In this document: positions 25,696 through 35,957 of the stretch, in pieces | How positions within the stretch are numbered: position 1 is the first letter of the stretch | Layout: each line of letters starts with the position of its first letter | Sequence record: SRR22947727_2715 | Strand: one strand, 5' to 3' | DNA length: 40,556 bases | Translations under genes and position numbers: made by a program | The notes under the pieces: generated by a model | What the model was told of the DNA's origin: nothing | Database searches by the model: none | Seen by the model: only the letters and a program-made list of their open reading frames with translations

Positions 25696-28404
25696 TCAGC
25701 CGAGATTGGCGATCATCTGTTTGAGTTCTTCAACCTTGGCTTTCCACTCAGCCTGGCGGTCTTTGTTTTCCTGAACGATTTCAGGCTTCGCGCGGGATAC
25801 AAAATTCTCGTTTGAGAGTTTCCCATTCACCTTTTTCAGCTCAATTTCAGCTTTCTCTTTCTGTTTTGAGAGTCGAGTCCGTTCCGCGTCTTTGTCGATT
25901 AAACCATCGAGTGGCATGTAGATCTTCCCGATCGGGGTCAATGCCACGGGCACGCCTGATTCAGCTTCGAACCCAGCCTCGGTCTTGATTCCGCCGGCAC
26001 CGGCGAGTTTTGCAAAGACGGCCGCTTCGGTGAAGTCGCCTTCGGGATCGAGAATGAATTTCACGTTCCGATTTGCAGCCAGGTTGTATTCGGCTTTGAG
26101 ATTTCGAGTGCGACCAACGGCTTCGTAAACGTCGGAAACGGTTTTTACGGCCGCTTCGACTTGAGCTTCATCAATTCCATCAAGCATTGAGTCAGACGGA
26201 AGCTGCGTGAGCATCAAGAAGTCGGGACCACCGTCCTCGCGAAGCCCGCATTTTTCCCACAGCTCTTCGGTGAGGTGAGGCATAAACGGGTGGAGCAAGA
26301 TCACAAAACGACGCAGCACGCGATCCATCGTCTGGAGCGTGGCTGCTTTTGCAGCAGGATCAGCATCTTTTCCGAAATCCTGTTTTGCACCTTCGAGGAA
26401 CCAATCGCAGTATTGATTCCACCAGAATTCGTAGAGCAAAGAGGCGATCTCGTTGAAGCGATAATCTTCGTAGGCGCTCGCCACGTTGGTCTCGAGAGTG
26501 TCGAGTTTTTTCAGAATATCGATCGCGTAAATCGAAAGCTCGCCCGGCTCAGTGTCGGCTTCGCCCTGCATTTGGCGAAAACGAACCGCGTTCCAAATTT
26601 TCGTCGCGAAGTTCCGGCCTTCTTCAACCTGTGGATAGGTTTCCTCACCATCTTTGTCCTTTTCAACGATGAACCGAACGTCGTTTCCGAGGGGCGCGGC
26701 TTTGAGCACGGAGAAACGCATCGCGTCGGCTCCAAACTTATCCATCACGTTGAGCGGATTGGGAGAATTCCCGAGTTGCTTCGACAATTTCCGTCCCTGT
26801 TTGTCGCGGATGATGGAATTGAAGAATACGTTTTTAAACGGCACTTCGCCTTTCCAGCGGAAACCGGCCATGATCATCCGGGCAACCCAGAAGAATAGAA
26901 TATCAGCACCGGTCGCGAGATCGGACGTCGGATAGAATTTCGTGAGCGTCTTAGATTCTTCGCCTTCGGAATTGGACATGGTCGCAAACGGCCACAACCA
27001 GCTGGAAAACCACGTGTCGAGCACGTCAGGATCGCGAACCCAGTTCTCGCCATCTTGCGGAGGCTCAACACCAACATACAAATCGCTTCCCGCCGAATCC
27101 GTATCAAGCGATTCACGGTTCTGGAGCTCCTCAGATTTCTCTTTCCGGTACCAGACCGGAATTTGATGCCCCCACCACAACTGGCGGCTCACGCACCAGT
27201 CCTGAATGTTATCCATCCAGTGAGCGAATGTTTTCTTCCACCGATCGGGACGGAACTTGATATCACCATTGGCAACGGCCGCTGCAGCTTCTTCTTTGCA
27301 CGGATACTTTAAAAACCACTGCATCGAAATGCGTGGCTCAATCGGCACGTTGGCGCGTTCGGAAAAGCCCACGTTGTTTTCATAGTCTTCCTCGCTGACG
27401 AGAAGCCCCATTTCTTTGAGCTTCTCCGCTGCTTTTATGCGCGCCTCAAAACGGTCCATTCCTTCGAACTCAGGACCGCCGTGCTCGTTGATTTTTCCAT
27501 CGGGCGTGAAGACATCGATGATCTCGAGTCCGTTCTTCATGCCGATTTCGAAGTCAGCCTTGTCATGCGCCGGTGTCACTTTTAGAACACCGGTTCCGAA
27601 TTCCATATCGATGTGATCACTCGCCACGATGGGGATTTCTGCCTCGGGGAAAGGACGCAAGACAAATTTCCCAACGAGATCTTTATAGCGCTTGTCTTCG
27701 GGATGAACTGCAACGCCCGTGTCGCCCATGAGCGTTTCAGGTCGCGTTGTCGCGATTTCGAGGAACTTGTCCTTCTCGCCCACGATCGGGTATCGCATCG
27801 TGTAGAGCTTCGATTTCTGAGGCTTCATGATGACTTCCTCATCACTCAATGCGGTGAGCGACTTCGGACACCAGTTCACCATCCGCTTGCCGCGATAGAG
27901 CAAGCCTTCGTTGAAAAGATCGACAAAAATCTTCGAGATCCATTTCGAATACTCGGGGTCCATTGTGAAACGCTCGCGTTCCCAATCGCAGGAGCAACCG
28001 AGGCGTTTCAGCTGATTGTTGATGATGCCGCCATGCTCATCTTTCCATTCCCACACTTTCTCGAGAAATTTATCGCGACCGAGGTCGTGACGCGTCACTT
28101 TTTCTTTGCGCAGCTTTTGCTCCACCTTCGACTGGGTAGCGATGCCCGCGTGATCCGTTCCCGGCAGCCAAAGCACTTCCTTGCCTTCCATCCGCGCGCG
28201 ACGGCAGAGGATATCCTGAATCGTATTGTTCAAGACATGGCCGAGGTGAAGAATTCCCGTGACGTTGGGCGGTGGAATGACGATTGAGTAAGGCTCGCGA
28301 TCGCTATTTTCGTCCGCATGGAAACAACCGGCTTCGAGCCAACGGGAATACCACGCTGCTTCGACTTCGTTCGGTTGATAGTTGCTTGAAAGTTCTTCTG
28401 CCAT
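25696..28404 (-). CDS. valS: Valine--tRNA ligase
   Basis: PPPNVTGILHLGH, GTDHAGIATQ, DWCVSRQLWWGH, DVLDTWFSS, KLSKQ (KMSKS), C-terminal coiled coil; start set to ATG at 28404. Confidence 0.97.
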   Translation of the reverse strand: MAEELSSNYQPNEVEAAWYSRWLEAGCFHADENSDREPYSIVIPPPNVTGILHLGHVLNNTIQDILCRRARMEGKEVLWLPGTDHAGIATQSKVEQKLRKEKVTRHDLGRDKFLEKVWEWKDEHGGIINNQLKRLGCSCDWERERFTMDPEYSKWISKIFVDLFNEGLLYRGKRMVNWCPKSLTALSDEEVIMKPQKSKLYTMRYPIVGEKDKFLEIATTRPETLMGDTGVAVHPEDKRYKDLVGKFVLRPFPEAEIPIVASDHIDMEFGTGVLKVTPAHDKADFEIGMKNGLEIIDVFTPDGKINEHGGPEFEGMDRFEARIKAAEKLKEMGLLVSEEDYENNVGFSERANVPIEPRISMQWFLKYPCKEEAAAAVANGDIKFRPDRWKKTFAHWMDNIQDWCVSRQLWWGHQIPVWYRKEKSEELQNRESLDTDSAGSDLYVGVEPPQDGENWVRDPDVLDTWFSSWLWPFATMSNSEGEESKTLTKFYPTSDLATGADILFFWVARMIMAGFRWKGEVPFKNVFFNSIIRDKQGRKLSKQLGNSPNPLNVMDKFGADAMRFSVLKAAPLGNDVRFIVEKDKDGEETYPQVEEGRNFATKIWNAVRFRQMQGEADTEPGELSIYAIDILKKLDTLETNVASAYEDYRFNEIASLLYEFWWNQYCDWFLEGAKQDFGKDADPAAKAATLQTMDRVLRRFVILLHPFMPHLTEELWEKCGLREDGGPDFLMLTQLPSDSMLDGIDEAQVEAAVKTVSDVYEAVGRTRNLKAEYNLAANRNVKFILDPEGDFTEAAVFAKLAGAGGIKTEAGFEAESGVPVALTPIGKIYMPLDGLIDKDAERTRLSKQKEKAEIELKKVNGKLSNENFVSRAKPEIVQENKDRQAEWKAKVEELKQMIANLG

Positions 28405-28545
28405 TTTTTTACTGGAAATTTTAGGAGCGAAACTATTTGGTTGGACCGCTTCTTTGTAAAATTGAAATGCCCACTCTTTCAAAATTGCGCTAAGCTAAAA
28501 AATAGCGATATTTATTTAGAATTTCTGTAATAATTTCATTTTCCC

Positions 28546-29559
28546 ATGTCGGTTCTTCTTCGACAATTTCCCACCATTTTAAACCCTCATTTTATGGCCG
28601 CCTTCGTAGCTGTTGTGATGAGTCTTGTGTCGTCCATCTCAGCTGTGGCGGGGCCTTGGAGTGTAGTGAAGGTGAATGGTCGGGAGTATGTCACTGATGA
28701 AAATGTGAATTCATTTTACAAATTTGAGCGCTTTGCGAAGGAGGAAAGTGACCGCGTTTTTCGTCATCCCAGCCTGATCATGAGCTGGAAAACGGGTTCT
28801 CAGGCGATTTATATTAACAATATAAAATTCAATCTGAGCTTCCCGATCGTCGAACAGGGTGGAAAGGCGATGATTTCGATCGTGGATTTGGCAAAACTTG
28901 TCGATCCTGTTTTGCGGCCGAGTTACATCAAAAAGCCGATTTCTTTCGATGCGGTCGTGATTGACGCCGGTCATGGAGCGCACGATTCCGGCGCAAAAGG
29001 GGTCAAAGGCTATGAGAAAAATTACACGCTCGATCTTTCTCGAAAATTGGAGGCAGAGCTAAAGGCCCGTGGTTTCAAAACGGTGATGACTCGCAGCACG
29101 GACGTGTTTCTCACGTTGGGCCAACGCGTTGCCATCGCCAACAAGACGAAGAACGCGATTTTCGTGAGCATTCACTTTAATTCATCCGGTACGAAAACGG
29201 CCAACGGAATTGAAACCTATTCGCTGGCGCCGCAGGGAACTTCATCCACGAATGGCGGTTCGCCCTGGAGTTCATTTTTGAACGGAAACATCCGCGATAA
29301 GGAAAATATCGCTCTCGCGACATCGGTTCATGCGCATGTTGTTCACGAGTTCAAATCGATCGATCGCGGAATTAAACGAGCCCGTTTCAACGTGCTGCGA
29401 GGCATCAACAAGCCGGCAATTTTGTTCGAGGGCGGATTCATCACAAATCCAACCGAAGGCGCTAAAATCGATGACGATGCTCACCGTCTTCGTCTGGCGG
29501 CGTCGATTGCGACCGCGATTCAGAAGTTCAAAGGCGCGGTTGGGAAGAAGAAGCGGTAA
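28546..29559 (+). CDS. N-acetylmuramoyl-L-alanine amidase (Amidase_3)
   Basis: VVIDAGHG, EK, FVSIHFN, LFEGGFITN zinc-amidase motifs; signal peptide. Confidence 0.92.
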   Translation: MSVLLRQFPTILNPHFMAAFVAVVMSLVSSISAVAGPWSVVKVNGREYVTDENVNSFYKFERFAKEESDRVFRHPSLIMSWKTGSQAIYINNIKFNLSFPIVEQGGKAMISIVDLAKLVDPVLRPSYIKKPISFDAVVIDAGHGAHDSGAKGVKGYEKNYTLDLSRKLEAELKARGFKTVMTRSTDVFLTLGQRVAIANKTKNAIFVSIHFNSSGTKTANGIETYSLAPQGTSSTNGGSPWSSFLNGNIRDKENIALATSVHAHVVHEFKSIDRGIKRARFNVLRGINKPAILFEGGFITNPTEGAKIDDDAHRLRLAASIATAIQKFKGAVGKKKR

Positions 29560-29584
29560 TTTTTGACCGCGTTCACTCAAAAAA

Positions 29585-30220
29585 ATGGCCGCCGAAGATA
29601 AGTTGGCTAATGCTTCCGAAACGAAGACTCCTAACGATGCGGAGTTTCTCGCTTTCGTTTACCGAGAGGACACGCCCATTGAAAAGCAGTTGGCTGATGA
29701 TGCAGAAGCGGAGATTCTCCGCGCTGTCTCGACTTGTGAAGCGGCGGATTATTCCCAAGAGAGTTGCGACGCTCTTTGGGGTGCATTTGATCGATGGCTG
29801 AATGATGCCAGGCTACTCACGGATGCGTCTTCGTTGCGAGTCCGTGTGCTAACCGAACTCACTGCGAGGCTTTGGGAGGAACATCTTGGGGGAGAGGCGT
29901 GGGAAATCTTCCGAAAGCTGGCACGAAAATATTCAAACAACGATCCAGAGGGCATGGGGATTTCGCTGACAATTTCGACTTTCGAGCTATTTGCTGAGCC
30001 GCCTGAGGTTCCTGAGGTTCCTGAGACGTTGCGGCTGCTCTTCTCCTTGGCCGGTGATCCCGAAACTCGGTGGGCGGTTTTTGCTGCGTATAAGAACACT
30101 CCATCTCGATTGAGATCTCATGCGGCGATGTATTCTGGTGGAAGTGTCACCGATGCTGATTGCGACGAATGGTTTCGAAAACAGTGGATACGTGAATTTG
30201 AAGATCTGAATCCGCACTGA
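29585..30220 (+). CDS. Hypothetical protein
   Basis: 211-codon ORF filling the amidase-lysC gap; no recognisable motif; short 9-bp tandem (PEVPEVPE) near 30002-30025. Confidence 0.6.
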   Translation: MAAEDKLANASETKTPNDAEFLAFVYREDTPIEKQLADDAEAEILRAVSTCEAADYSQESCDALWGAFDRWLNDARLLTDASSLRVRVLTELTARLWEEHLGGEAWEIFRKLARKYSNNDPEGMGISLTISTFELFAEPPEVPEVPETLRLLFSLAGDPETRWAVFAAYKNTPSRLRSHAAMYSGGSVTDADCDEWFRKQWIREFEDLNPH

Positions 30221-30234
30221 GGCGTTTGAACAAA

Positions 30235-31464
30235 TTACGCTGTCCCCAAACCAAACTTGTCGTGCACCGCCTGAGCAGCCGCATCGATCTCGTTTTCGGC
30301 GACGGTCACAGTGACTTTGATCTCGGAGGTCGAGATCATCTGAATGTTCACGCCGGCGTCTGAAAGCGCGGCAAACATTTCTGCGGCGACTCCGGAGTGC
30401 GAGCGCATTCCGATTCCGACAACGCTGAGCTTGGCGATTCTGCTTTCAGATTCGAGCTCGATATCGTCACCTAACTTCGTCCGAACATTTTCAAGAGCGG
30501 ACTCAGCTTTCTCCAAATCACTTTTATGAAGTGTGAACGAAATATCGGTGATCCCGGTTTTGGAGACGTTCTGAACGATCATATCGATGATCAGATCGGC
30601 CTGGGCAAGAGCTCCGAAAATCATGCTGGCACTGCCGGGGTGGTCTTTAACGCCGGTGATGGTGACTTTTGCTTGGTCGCGCTCAAGGCTGACTCCACGG
30701 ATGACAACGGATTCCATACTCATGGTTTCTTCTTTTACGAGGGTTCCAGAATTTTGATTCAAACTACTGCGGACTTCAAAGGGAACTCCAAATTTTTTGG
30801 CAAATTCAACCGAACGGGACTGCATCACTTTCGTGCCGGAACTGGCCATCTCGAGCAACTCGTCGTAGCTGATTTCGCCAAGCTTCCTTGCGTCTTTCAC
30901 AACGCGAGGGTCACAAGTGTAGACTCCATCTACGTCGGTAAAAATCTGGCACAGCTCAGCATCAACGGCTGCGGCCATCGCAATCGCGGTCAAATCGGAG
31001 CCACCACGACCAAGCGTTGTGATTTTTCCATCGGAAGTTTTTCCCTGAAATCCTGCTAAAATCACGATGTTACCTTCATCGAGAAGTCTATGAACTTCGT
31101 TCGGAGTGATATTCGAGATCCGGGCCTTGGTGTGAACGCCATCGGTTTCGATTCCCGCTTGAGCACCGGTTAGCGAGACTGCATTTCCACCCATCGCGTT
31201 GATCGCCATGGCGGTGAGAGCGATCGTCGTCTGCTCGCCCGTCGCGAGGAGCACATCAATTTCGCGCTCCGTCGGGTAATGATCTTTGCCAGTCACTTCA
31301 TCAGCGAGTGCGACGAGACGATTGGTTTCGCCGGACATGGCTGAAACTACCGCGACTACCTTTTTTCCTGATCGGTGCGTTTCCAAAATGCGGCTGGCGA
31401 CATTTCGAATTCGTTCCGGGGTGCCGACGGAGGTTCCGCCATATTTCTGGACAATCAGGCTCAA
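30235..31464 (-). CDS. lysC: Aspartate kinase
   Basis: VQKYGGTSV, VVSAM, TTLGRGGSD, TDVDGVYTCDPR, two ACT domains; start set to TTG at 31464. Confidence 0.95.
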   Translation of the reverse strand: MSLIVQKYGGTSVGTPERIRNVASRILETHRSGKKVVAVVSAMSGETNRLVALADEVTGKDHYPTEREIDVLLATGEQTTIALTAMAINAMGGNAVSLTGAQAGIETDGVHTKARISNITPNEVHRLLDEGNIVILAGFQGKTSDGKITTLGRGGSDLTAIAMAAAVDAELCQIFTDVDGVYTCDPRVVKDARKLGEISYDELLEMASSGTKVMQSRSVEFAKKFGVPFEVRSSLNQNSGTLVKEETMSMESVVIRGVSLERDQAKVTITGVKDHPGSASMIFGALAQADLIIDMIVQNVSKTGITDISFTLHKSDLEKAESALENVRTKLGDDIELESESRIAKLSVVGIGMRSHSGVAAEMFAALSDAGVNIQMISTSEIKVTVTVAENEIDAAAQAVHDKFGLGTA

Positions 31465-31554
31465 AGTTTCAGTGGATTTCGTTTCGTTTGTGGAGCGGAA
31501 TCTATGGCTCAAGAATGGAAAAAGTCCACCCGAGAGACGTGGCGGGCGGGAAAT

Positions 31555-31821
31555 TTACTCGACGGAAATTGGAGCTGATAATTCCTCCAATTTTTCCCTC
31601 AAGAGCGCATTTTCTTTGTCACGTTGTTCAAGCTGGTTTTGAAGACTGAAAAACTGCTTTTCATCATCGCTGAATTTCGCTCCGGAAGCGATTTGGTAAT
31701 AATGCCCCCCCCAAATCCAACCTGATGCGGCAACGGCAATACCGCCCAGAATGATTAATAGCTGAATAGACTTATGTTGAGCTGCCACGGCGTAAATGGA
31801 AATGCTGACGGCAACCAACAA
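31555..31821 (-). CDS. Small hypothetical membrane protein with C-terminal coiled coil
   Basis: 88 codons directly abutting the upstream stop; two hydrophobic segments; start uncertain. Confidence 0.5.
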   Translation of the reverse strand: MLVAVSISIYAVAAQHKSIQLLIILGGIAVAASGWIWGGHYYQIASGAKFSDDEKQFFSLQNQLEQRDKENALLREKLEELSAPISVE

Positions 31822-32697
31822 TCAGTTGCCTTTGTTTCGGCCGCCAAAGAAAAGTTTGCCCAAGCCTTTGCGTTCTTTCGGCTCTGAAGCAGGGCCGGTC
31901 GTCACATCCTTTTTCTTTTTGTTAAACCCGGGGATAAGTCGGTCACCCGCTTCTTGATCCTTACTCTTGCCGAATAGTTTCCAGCGCTTGCCTTTTTCGC
32001 GGGGGTTTGGGTTTTCGCCCTCTGTAATAACAAGCTGCAAATCCTGAGGAAGATTTTTTACATAATCGTAAATCTCGACGGGCATGGGATGGCCTCCAGT
32101 GTCATATTTCTGAACGTTGCGTCGGAGTGGTTTACCGTTCGCGTCAAAAATCTGCTCTTCCTTGAGGCGACGCGTCAACGGGTCATAAACTAAAACTCCG
32201 CGATATCGAAAATTATCCTGCGCGTCGCGAATGATGACCTCCTTGGGGTCGCCAAATTCATTGTGTGTGATGTGACGTTTCGAAATAAGCACCTTGTTCG
32301 AAGCGTAGGTGTATTGCTCCACCGGCTGGTTTGCCTCCGTCGTTTTCATGGTCTTGTTGTCCCGTTTTGTCTCGGTGTAAGATCCATCGGGATGGTTCAC
32401 AACCTGTGACCAGTAAAAGGCTTCCTCCTGCTCCATTTGCCCGAGCCGAATGCTGCCGCCGCGATTGGCCGCCCACTCAGGGAGATACATCGCTGAGTTT
32501 TGAAGAGCGGTTTGATCACCGTATTTTCCGGCAACTCCGCGAGCGATCTTCGCTTTTTGTTGCGCAACCATGTTGGCCTGAGCCTGCTGGCTGATCGTTA
32601 CCTGACCGGTTTCCCGAGCCTTGTTGTGAAATTGAGCCTGCGCGCTTCCCGCCAACACACTTCCCGCCACTGCCGCATAAATTACTACCTGTTTCAT
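31822..32697 (-). CDS. Secreted hypothetical protein with YD/RHS-like beta repeats
   Basis: Signal peptide ending AQA; repeated YD..G/R units (HNEFGD, YDPLTRR, FDANGK, YDTGGH). Confidence 0.65.
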   Translation of the reverse strand: MKQVVIYAAVAGSVLAGSAQAQFHNKARETGQVTISQQAQANMVAQQKAKIARGVAGKYGDQTALQNSAMYLPEWAANRGGSIRLGQMEQEEAFYWSQVVNHPDGSYTETKRDNKTMKTTEANQPVEQYTYASNKVLISKRHITHNEFGDPKEVIIRDAQDNFRYRGVLVYDPLTRRLKEEQIFDANGKPLRRNVQKYDTGGHPMPVEIYDYVKNLPQDLQLVITEGENPNPREKGKRWKLFGKSKDQEAGDRLIPGFNKKKKDVTTGPASEPKERKGLGKLFFGGRNKGN

Positions 32698-32786
32698 AAT
32701 CGTGTTTCGTTCGATTGATTGATCTGGAATTTCTCGCTTTCCGTACGCAAGTTTACCGCGATGACGGTATCAGAGCAAGAGCCGAA

Positions 32787-33716
32787 TCACTCCCGCTCAG
32801 CGAGGTAACGTTCCGCATCCAGTGCGGCCTGACAACCGTTTCCTGCAGCGGTAATTGCCTGACGGTAAACGTGGTCCGCAACGTCTCCTGCTGCGAAAAG
32901 ACCTTCGATATTGGTGAATCCTGTTCCCGGTTTCTGGATGATGTAACCGTTGTCGTCGAGATTGAGGCCGCTTCCCTCAAGAAATTGCGTATTTGGAATG
33001 TGCCCGATGGCAACAAAAACGCATTTTAGATCAAGCTCGGATTTCTCACCGGTTTTCAAATTTTCGAGTTCAACGGCGCGAACTTTGCCGTCGTCATCGG
33101 TCAAATAAGCAGTGACGCCTGAATCCCAGACGGGCTCGATTTTTTTATTCGCCAATGCGCGCTCGGCCATGATTTGCGAGGCCCGCAATTCATCGCGGCG
33201 GTGAACGAGATACACTTTGCTCGCGAAACGAGTCAGGAACGTTGCTTCTTCACAGGCAGAATCACCGCCACCGATCACGGCGACAGGGACGTCTGGATAA
33301 AAAGCGCCATCGCAAGTCGCGCAGGAAGTAAGTCCGTGGCCGATCAGTTCTTTTTCATTCGGCAATCCGAGGTGACGTGGGCTTGCGCCAGTCGCGATGA
33401 TGACCGTTTCAGCCGCTTTTTCGCCGCTTGAAGTTTGCAGCAAAAACGTTCCGTCTTCTTGTTTCTCAACTTTCTCGACCATCGAGTAGTCGACCCGCGT
33501 TCCAAATTTCTCAGCCTGCTTCTGCATGTTCATCATGAGATCAGGGCCGTCGATTCCTTCAGGAAAGCCGGGGTAGTTCTCAACTTCAGTCGTCGTCGTT
33601 AGCTGCCCCCCTGGCTGCTCGCCGGAAATGACAAGTGGCTCAAGGTTTGCCCGTGCCGTGTAGATCGCTGCTGCCCAGCCTGCACAGCCGGTTCCGATGA
33701 TGATAACTTTTTCCAT
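32787..33716 (-). CDS. trxB: Thioredoxin-disulfide reductase
   Basis: GGQL, VENYPGF, CATCDG redox motif, [31 protein letters not shown]. Confidence 0.96.
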   Translation of the reverse strand: MEKVIIIGTGCAGWAAAIYTARANLEPLVISGEQPGGQLTTTTEVENYPGFPEGIDGPDLMMNMQKQAEKFGTRVDYSMVEKVEKQEDGTFLLQTSSGEKAAETVIIATGASPRHLGLPNEKELIGHGLTSCATCDGAFYPDVPVAVIGGGDSACEEATFLTRFASKVYLVHRRDELRASQIMAERALANKKIEPVWDSGVTAYLTDDDGKVRAVELENLKTGEKSELDLKCVFVAIGHIPNTQFLEGSGLNLDDNGYIIQKPGTGFTNIEGLFAAGDVADHVYRQAITAAGNGCQAALDAERYLAERE

Positions 33717-33782
33717 GGGTGGTGAATGTGTGTTGCTCTCTCCGACGAATCAAGGAATTGTTGCTTACGCAAATCACTTTTC

Positions 33783-34361
33783 ATGACCAACCCGACTTCC
33801 CCTCTTATTCTCGCTTCCGGATCTCCTCGTCGAAAGGACCTTTTGGGGGAGGCTGGCTACGAATTTGTTGTCATTCCACCGCAGGAAGAAGAGGTCGATG
33901 ATCCATCGATTCCAATCGGTGAGTTGACCCAAATGAACGCGATGCTCAAAGCAGATTGCGTCGCGGTTGATTATGCCGAAGCGATTGTGATCGCGGCAGA
34001 TACCCTTGTGTTGCGGGACGGAGAAGCTTTAGGAAAACCAGCAAACATGGATGAGGCGCGAACAATGATTCGTTCGCTGAACGGACGTGCTCATCAGGTT
34101 TTTACAGCGGTTTGTATTCTTCAAAACTCGACCGAATTCGTCGAAGAATTCACCGTCATCACCGACGTTCAGTTCAAACAGCTGACCGATGCCGAGCTCG
34201 ACAATTATCACAAGCTCATTGAGCCGCTCGACAAAGCCGGAGCATACGCGGCGCAGGATCATGGCGAGTTGATCATCGAATCGATCAAAGGGTCGCAGAC
34301 GAACGTCGTCGGTTTGCCGATGGACGAAGTGAATGCCGTTTTAATGCGTTTCACGAAATAA
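33783..34361 (+). CDS. maf: Maf family nucleotide pyrophosphatase
   Basis: ILASGSPRR, AADT, GKP, DKAGAY, NVVGLP; start set to ATG at 33783. Confidence 0.93.
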   Translation: MTNPTSPLILASGSPRRKDLLGEAGYEFVVIPPQEEEVDDPSIPIGELTQMNAMLKADCVAVDYAEAIVIAADTLVLRDGEALGKPANMDEARTMIRSLNGRAHQVFTAVCILQNSTEFVEEFTVITDVQFKQLTDAELDNYHKLIEPLDKAGAYAAQDHGELIIESIKGSQTNVVGLPMDEVNAVLMRFTK

Positions 34362-34438
34362 TTTAGAAAATTTCGCAGCAGCGAAATCATAGCCTTACCT
34401 GACAAAACCCCTCTCTGCCTTCGACAGTTCAATCTTTC

Positions 34439-34483
34439 GTTACTCAGGAGGGTTGGTTCGACGAACAGACACTGTTCGATCGA
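34439..34483. repeat. Palindromic repeat, copy 7 (reverse orientation, one arm degenerate)
   Basis: ...AGGGT-TGGTTCGACGAACAG-ACACTGTTCGATCGA between convergent maf and rpsT. Confidence 0.75.
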
Positions 34484-34522
34484 AAATCGGCTTAGCAGGC
34501 GGATTTCGATATTTCAGTAGAC

Positions 34523-34558
34523 AAAAAGAATCGATTCCACTGGAGCGAAATCGATTCT
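34523..34558 (-). terminator. Probable intrinsic terminator of rpsT
   Basis: 10-bp stem AGAATCGATT/AATCGATTCT followed by TTTT on the minus strand, about 55 nt after the rpsT stop. Confidence 0.6.
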
Positions 34559-34612
34559 GTAAAATCCGAGCAGGCGTCACAATTGCCTGCAGAAAATTCG
34601 GTGAATAGCGAA

Positions 34613-34876
34613 TTACGCCATTGCTTTCACCCGAGCAGCAGCCTTGGCCTTGATGTTGCCAGCTGTGTTGCGGTGAATGATGTTTTTCTTGGCAGCGCGA
34701 TCTGCGGTTGAAGAAACTGCGACAAGAGCTTTCGCCGCTTCGTCTTTGTTTCCGCCCTCAACAGCAACAAGAAGTGCTTTGCGCGCTTCTTTAACGTTGT
34801 TTTTGACAACTCGGTTACGAGAAGTGCGAACGACGATCTGACGAACGCGTTTGAGAGCTGATGCTGAGTTAGCCAT
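34613..34876 (-). CDS. rpsT: 30S ribosomal protein S20
   Basis: MANSASALKRVRQ...RNR...DRAAKKNIIHRNTA; 87 aa. Confidence 0.96.
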   Translation of the reverse strand: MANSASALKRVRQIVVRTSRNRVVKNNVKEARKALLVAVEGGNKDEAAKALVAVSSTADRAAKKNIIHRNTAGNIKAKAAARVKAMA

Positions 34877-34977
34877 GGCAAAAATTTGGTATCAAAGATG
34901 TGTTTCGATCTTCCTATGGTAGGGAAGGGCGCGGAAGTTACTCATCCGTGGTTCGAAGTCAAGTTCAGATTCGGTGG

Positions 34978-35805
34978 CTATTCTGGAACCCTGTTCCCTG
35001 CGACAAGGGGCTGGAATCTGTGTTTTCTGCGAATGGCACCGGTGTTCTCGTCATTCAGCGGCACGACAGGGTTCAGTTTTTTAGGATCAACGACCACATT
35101 GGATTGGTTTTCGGGTGTTGCCGCCACTTGCATCATTGGCATGACGCCAGCCATCGCCATCGGCATGCTTGCTCCGGCAGAGAGTATCGGTGCGATTTGC
35201 GGCGCAGGATTCGGTCGCCACAATGGCTTGTTTACCACATAAACGTCTGCACCCCAGCCCACTGCGTCGTATAAATCAATCACATCTCTCGATTTCATCC
35301 GGATGCAGCCGTAACTCGCTGGTGTTCCAATGGTTCTCTCTTCCGGTGTGCCGTGGATGTAAATGTAACGGGCAAAGGCGTTTTTGTTGATATCATCTTT
35401 CCCCTTCAGCCAAAAAATTCGCGAAACGATCGGATCGCGACCCGGGCTGTTTGGTTTGACGACTTCGCCGGTGGGTTTCCGGCTCTTGAAGACAGTTCCA
35501 GAACGCTTTCCGTCTCCGATTTTTTCGGCAACTTCGAACCGTCCGATCGGAGTTCTATTGCTTCCCGGTTCGTCACCGAGGCCAAATTTCGAGGTTGAAA
35601 TCGGGAAATATTTTACGGGCCTGCCATCTCGGTAGAGAGCCATCTTTTGCTCCGGGACTGAGATTTCAACGACATGCGACCGATCTTTTTCCTTTTGAAC
35701 AGTTGAACAACTGCTGAAGAAAAAAGCCGTTAAAAGCGCGCAAGATGACGCTGTAGCGAGGCGTCTGAACTGGTTAAAAGACTTGGAATTGTAGATCGTT
35801 TTCAT
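34978..35805 (-). CDS. L,D-transpeptidase (YkuD family) lipoprotein
   Basis: Lipobox FSSC; ISTSKFG, TPIGRF, IYIHGT...ASYGCIRM. Confidence 0.88.
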   Translation of the reverse strand: MKTIYNSKSFNQFRRLATASSCALLTAFFFSSCSTVQKEKDRSHVVEISVPEQKMALYRDGRPVKYFPISTSKFGLGDEPGSNRTPIGRFEVAEKIGDGKRSGTVFKSRKPTGEVVKPNSPGRDPIVSRIFWLKGKDDINKNAFARYIYIHGTPEERTIGTPASYGCIRMKSRDVIDLYDAVGWGADVYVVNKPLWRPNPAPQIAPILSAGASMPMAMAGVMPMMQVAATPENQSNVVVDPKKLNPVVPLNDENTGAIRRKHRFQPLVAGNRVPE

Positions 35806-35957
35806 GAGACGTTGGTCAGAACGCCCCGAGGATATTAGCTTGGTTGGTTTTTTCGTTGTTCGTTGATGCGGTCAGGCAATAGTTACGAATATACGCCAGT
35901 TCTATGAATAAATCTAGCTTTCCCTTGTTACTCGCCTAAATTCTGACCATTCTCAAA

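Noticed and set aside
26772-26792. KLSKQ in place of KMSKS in ValRS
   Set aside because: Catalytic lysine retained; within normal variation of class I synthetases
28405-28545. T-box leader for valS
   Set aside because: Short AT-rich divergent promoter region with no T-box motif
31465-31554. Lysine riboswitch upstream of lysC
   Set aside because: Only about 90 nt available, with one weak hairpin; too short and no consensus
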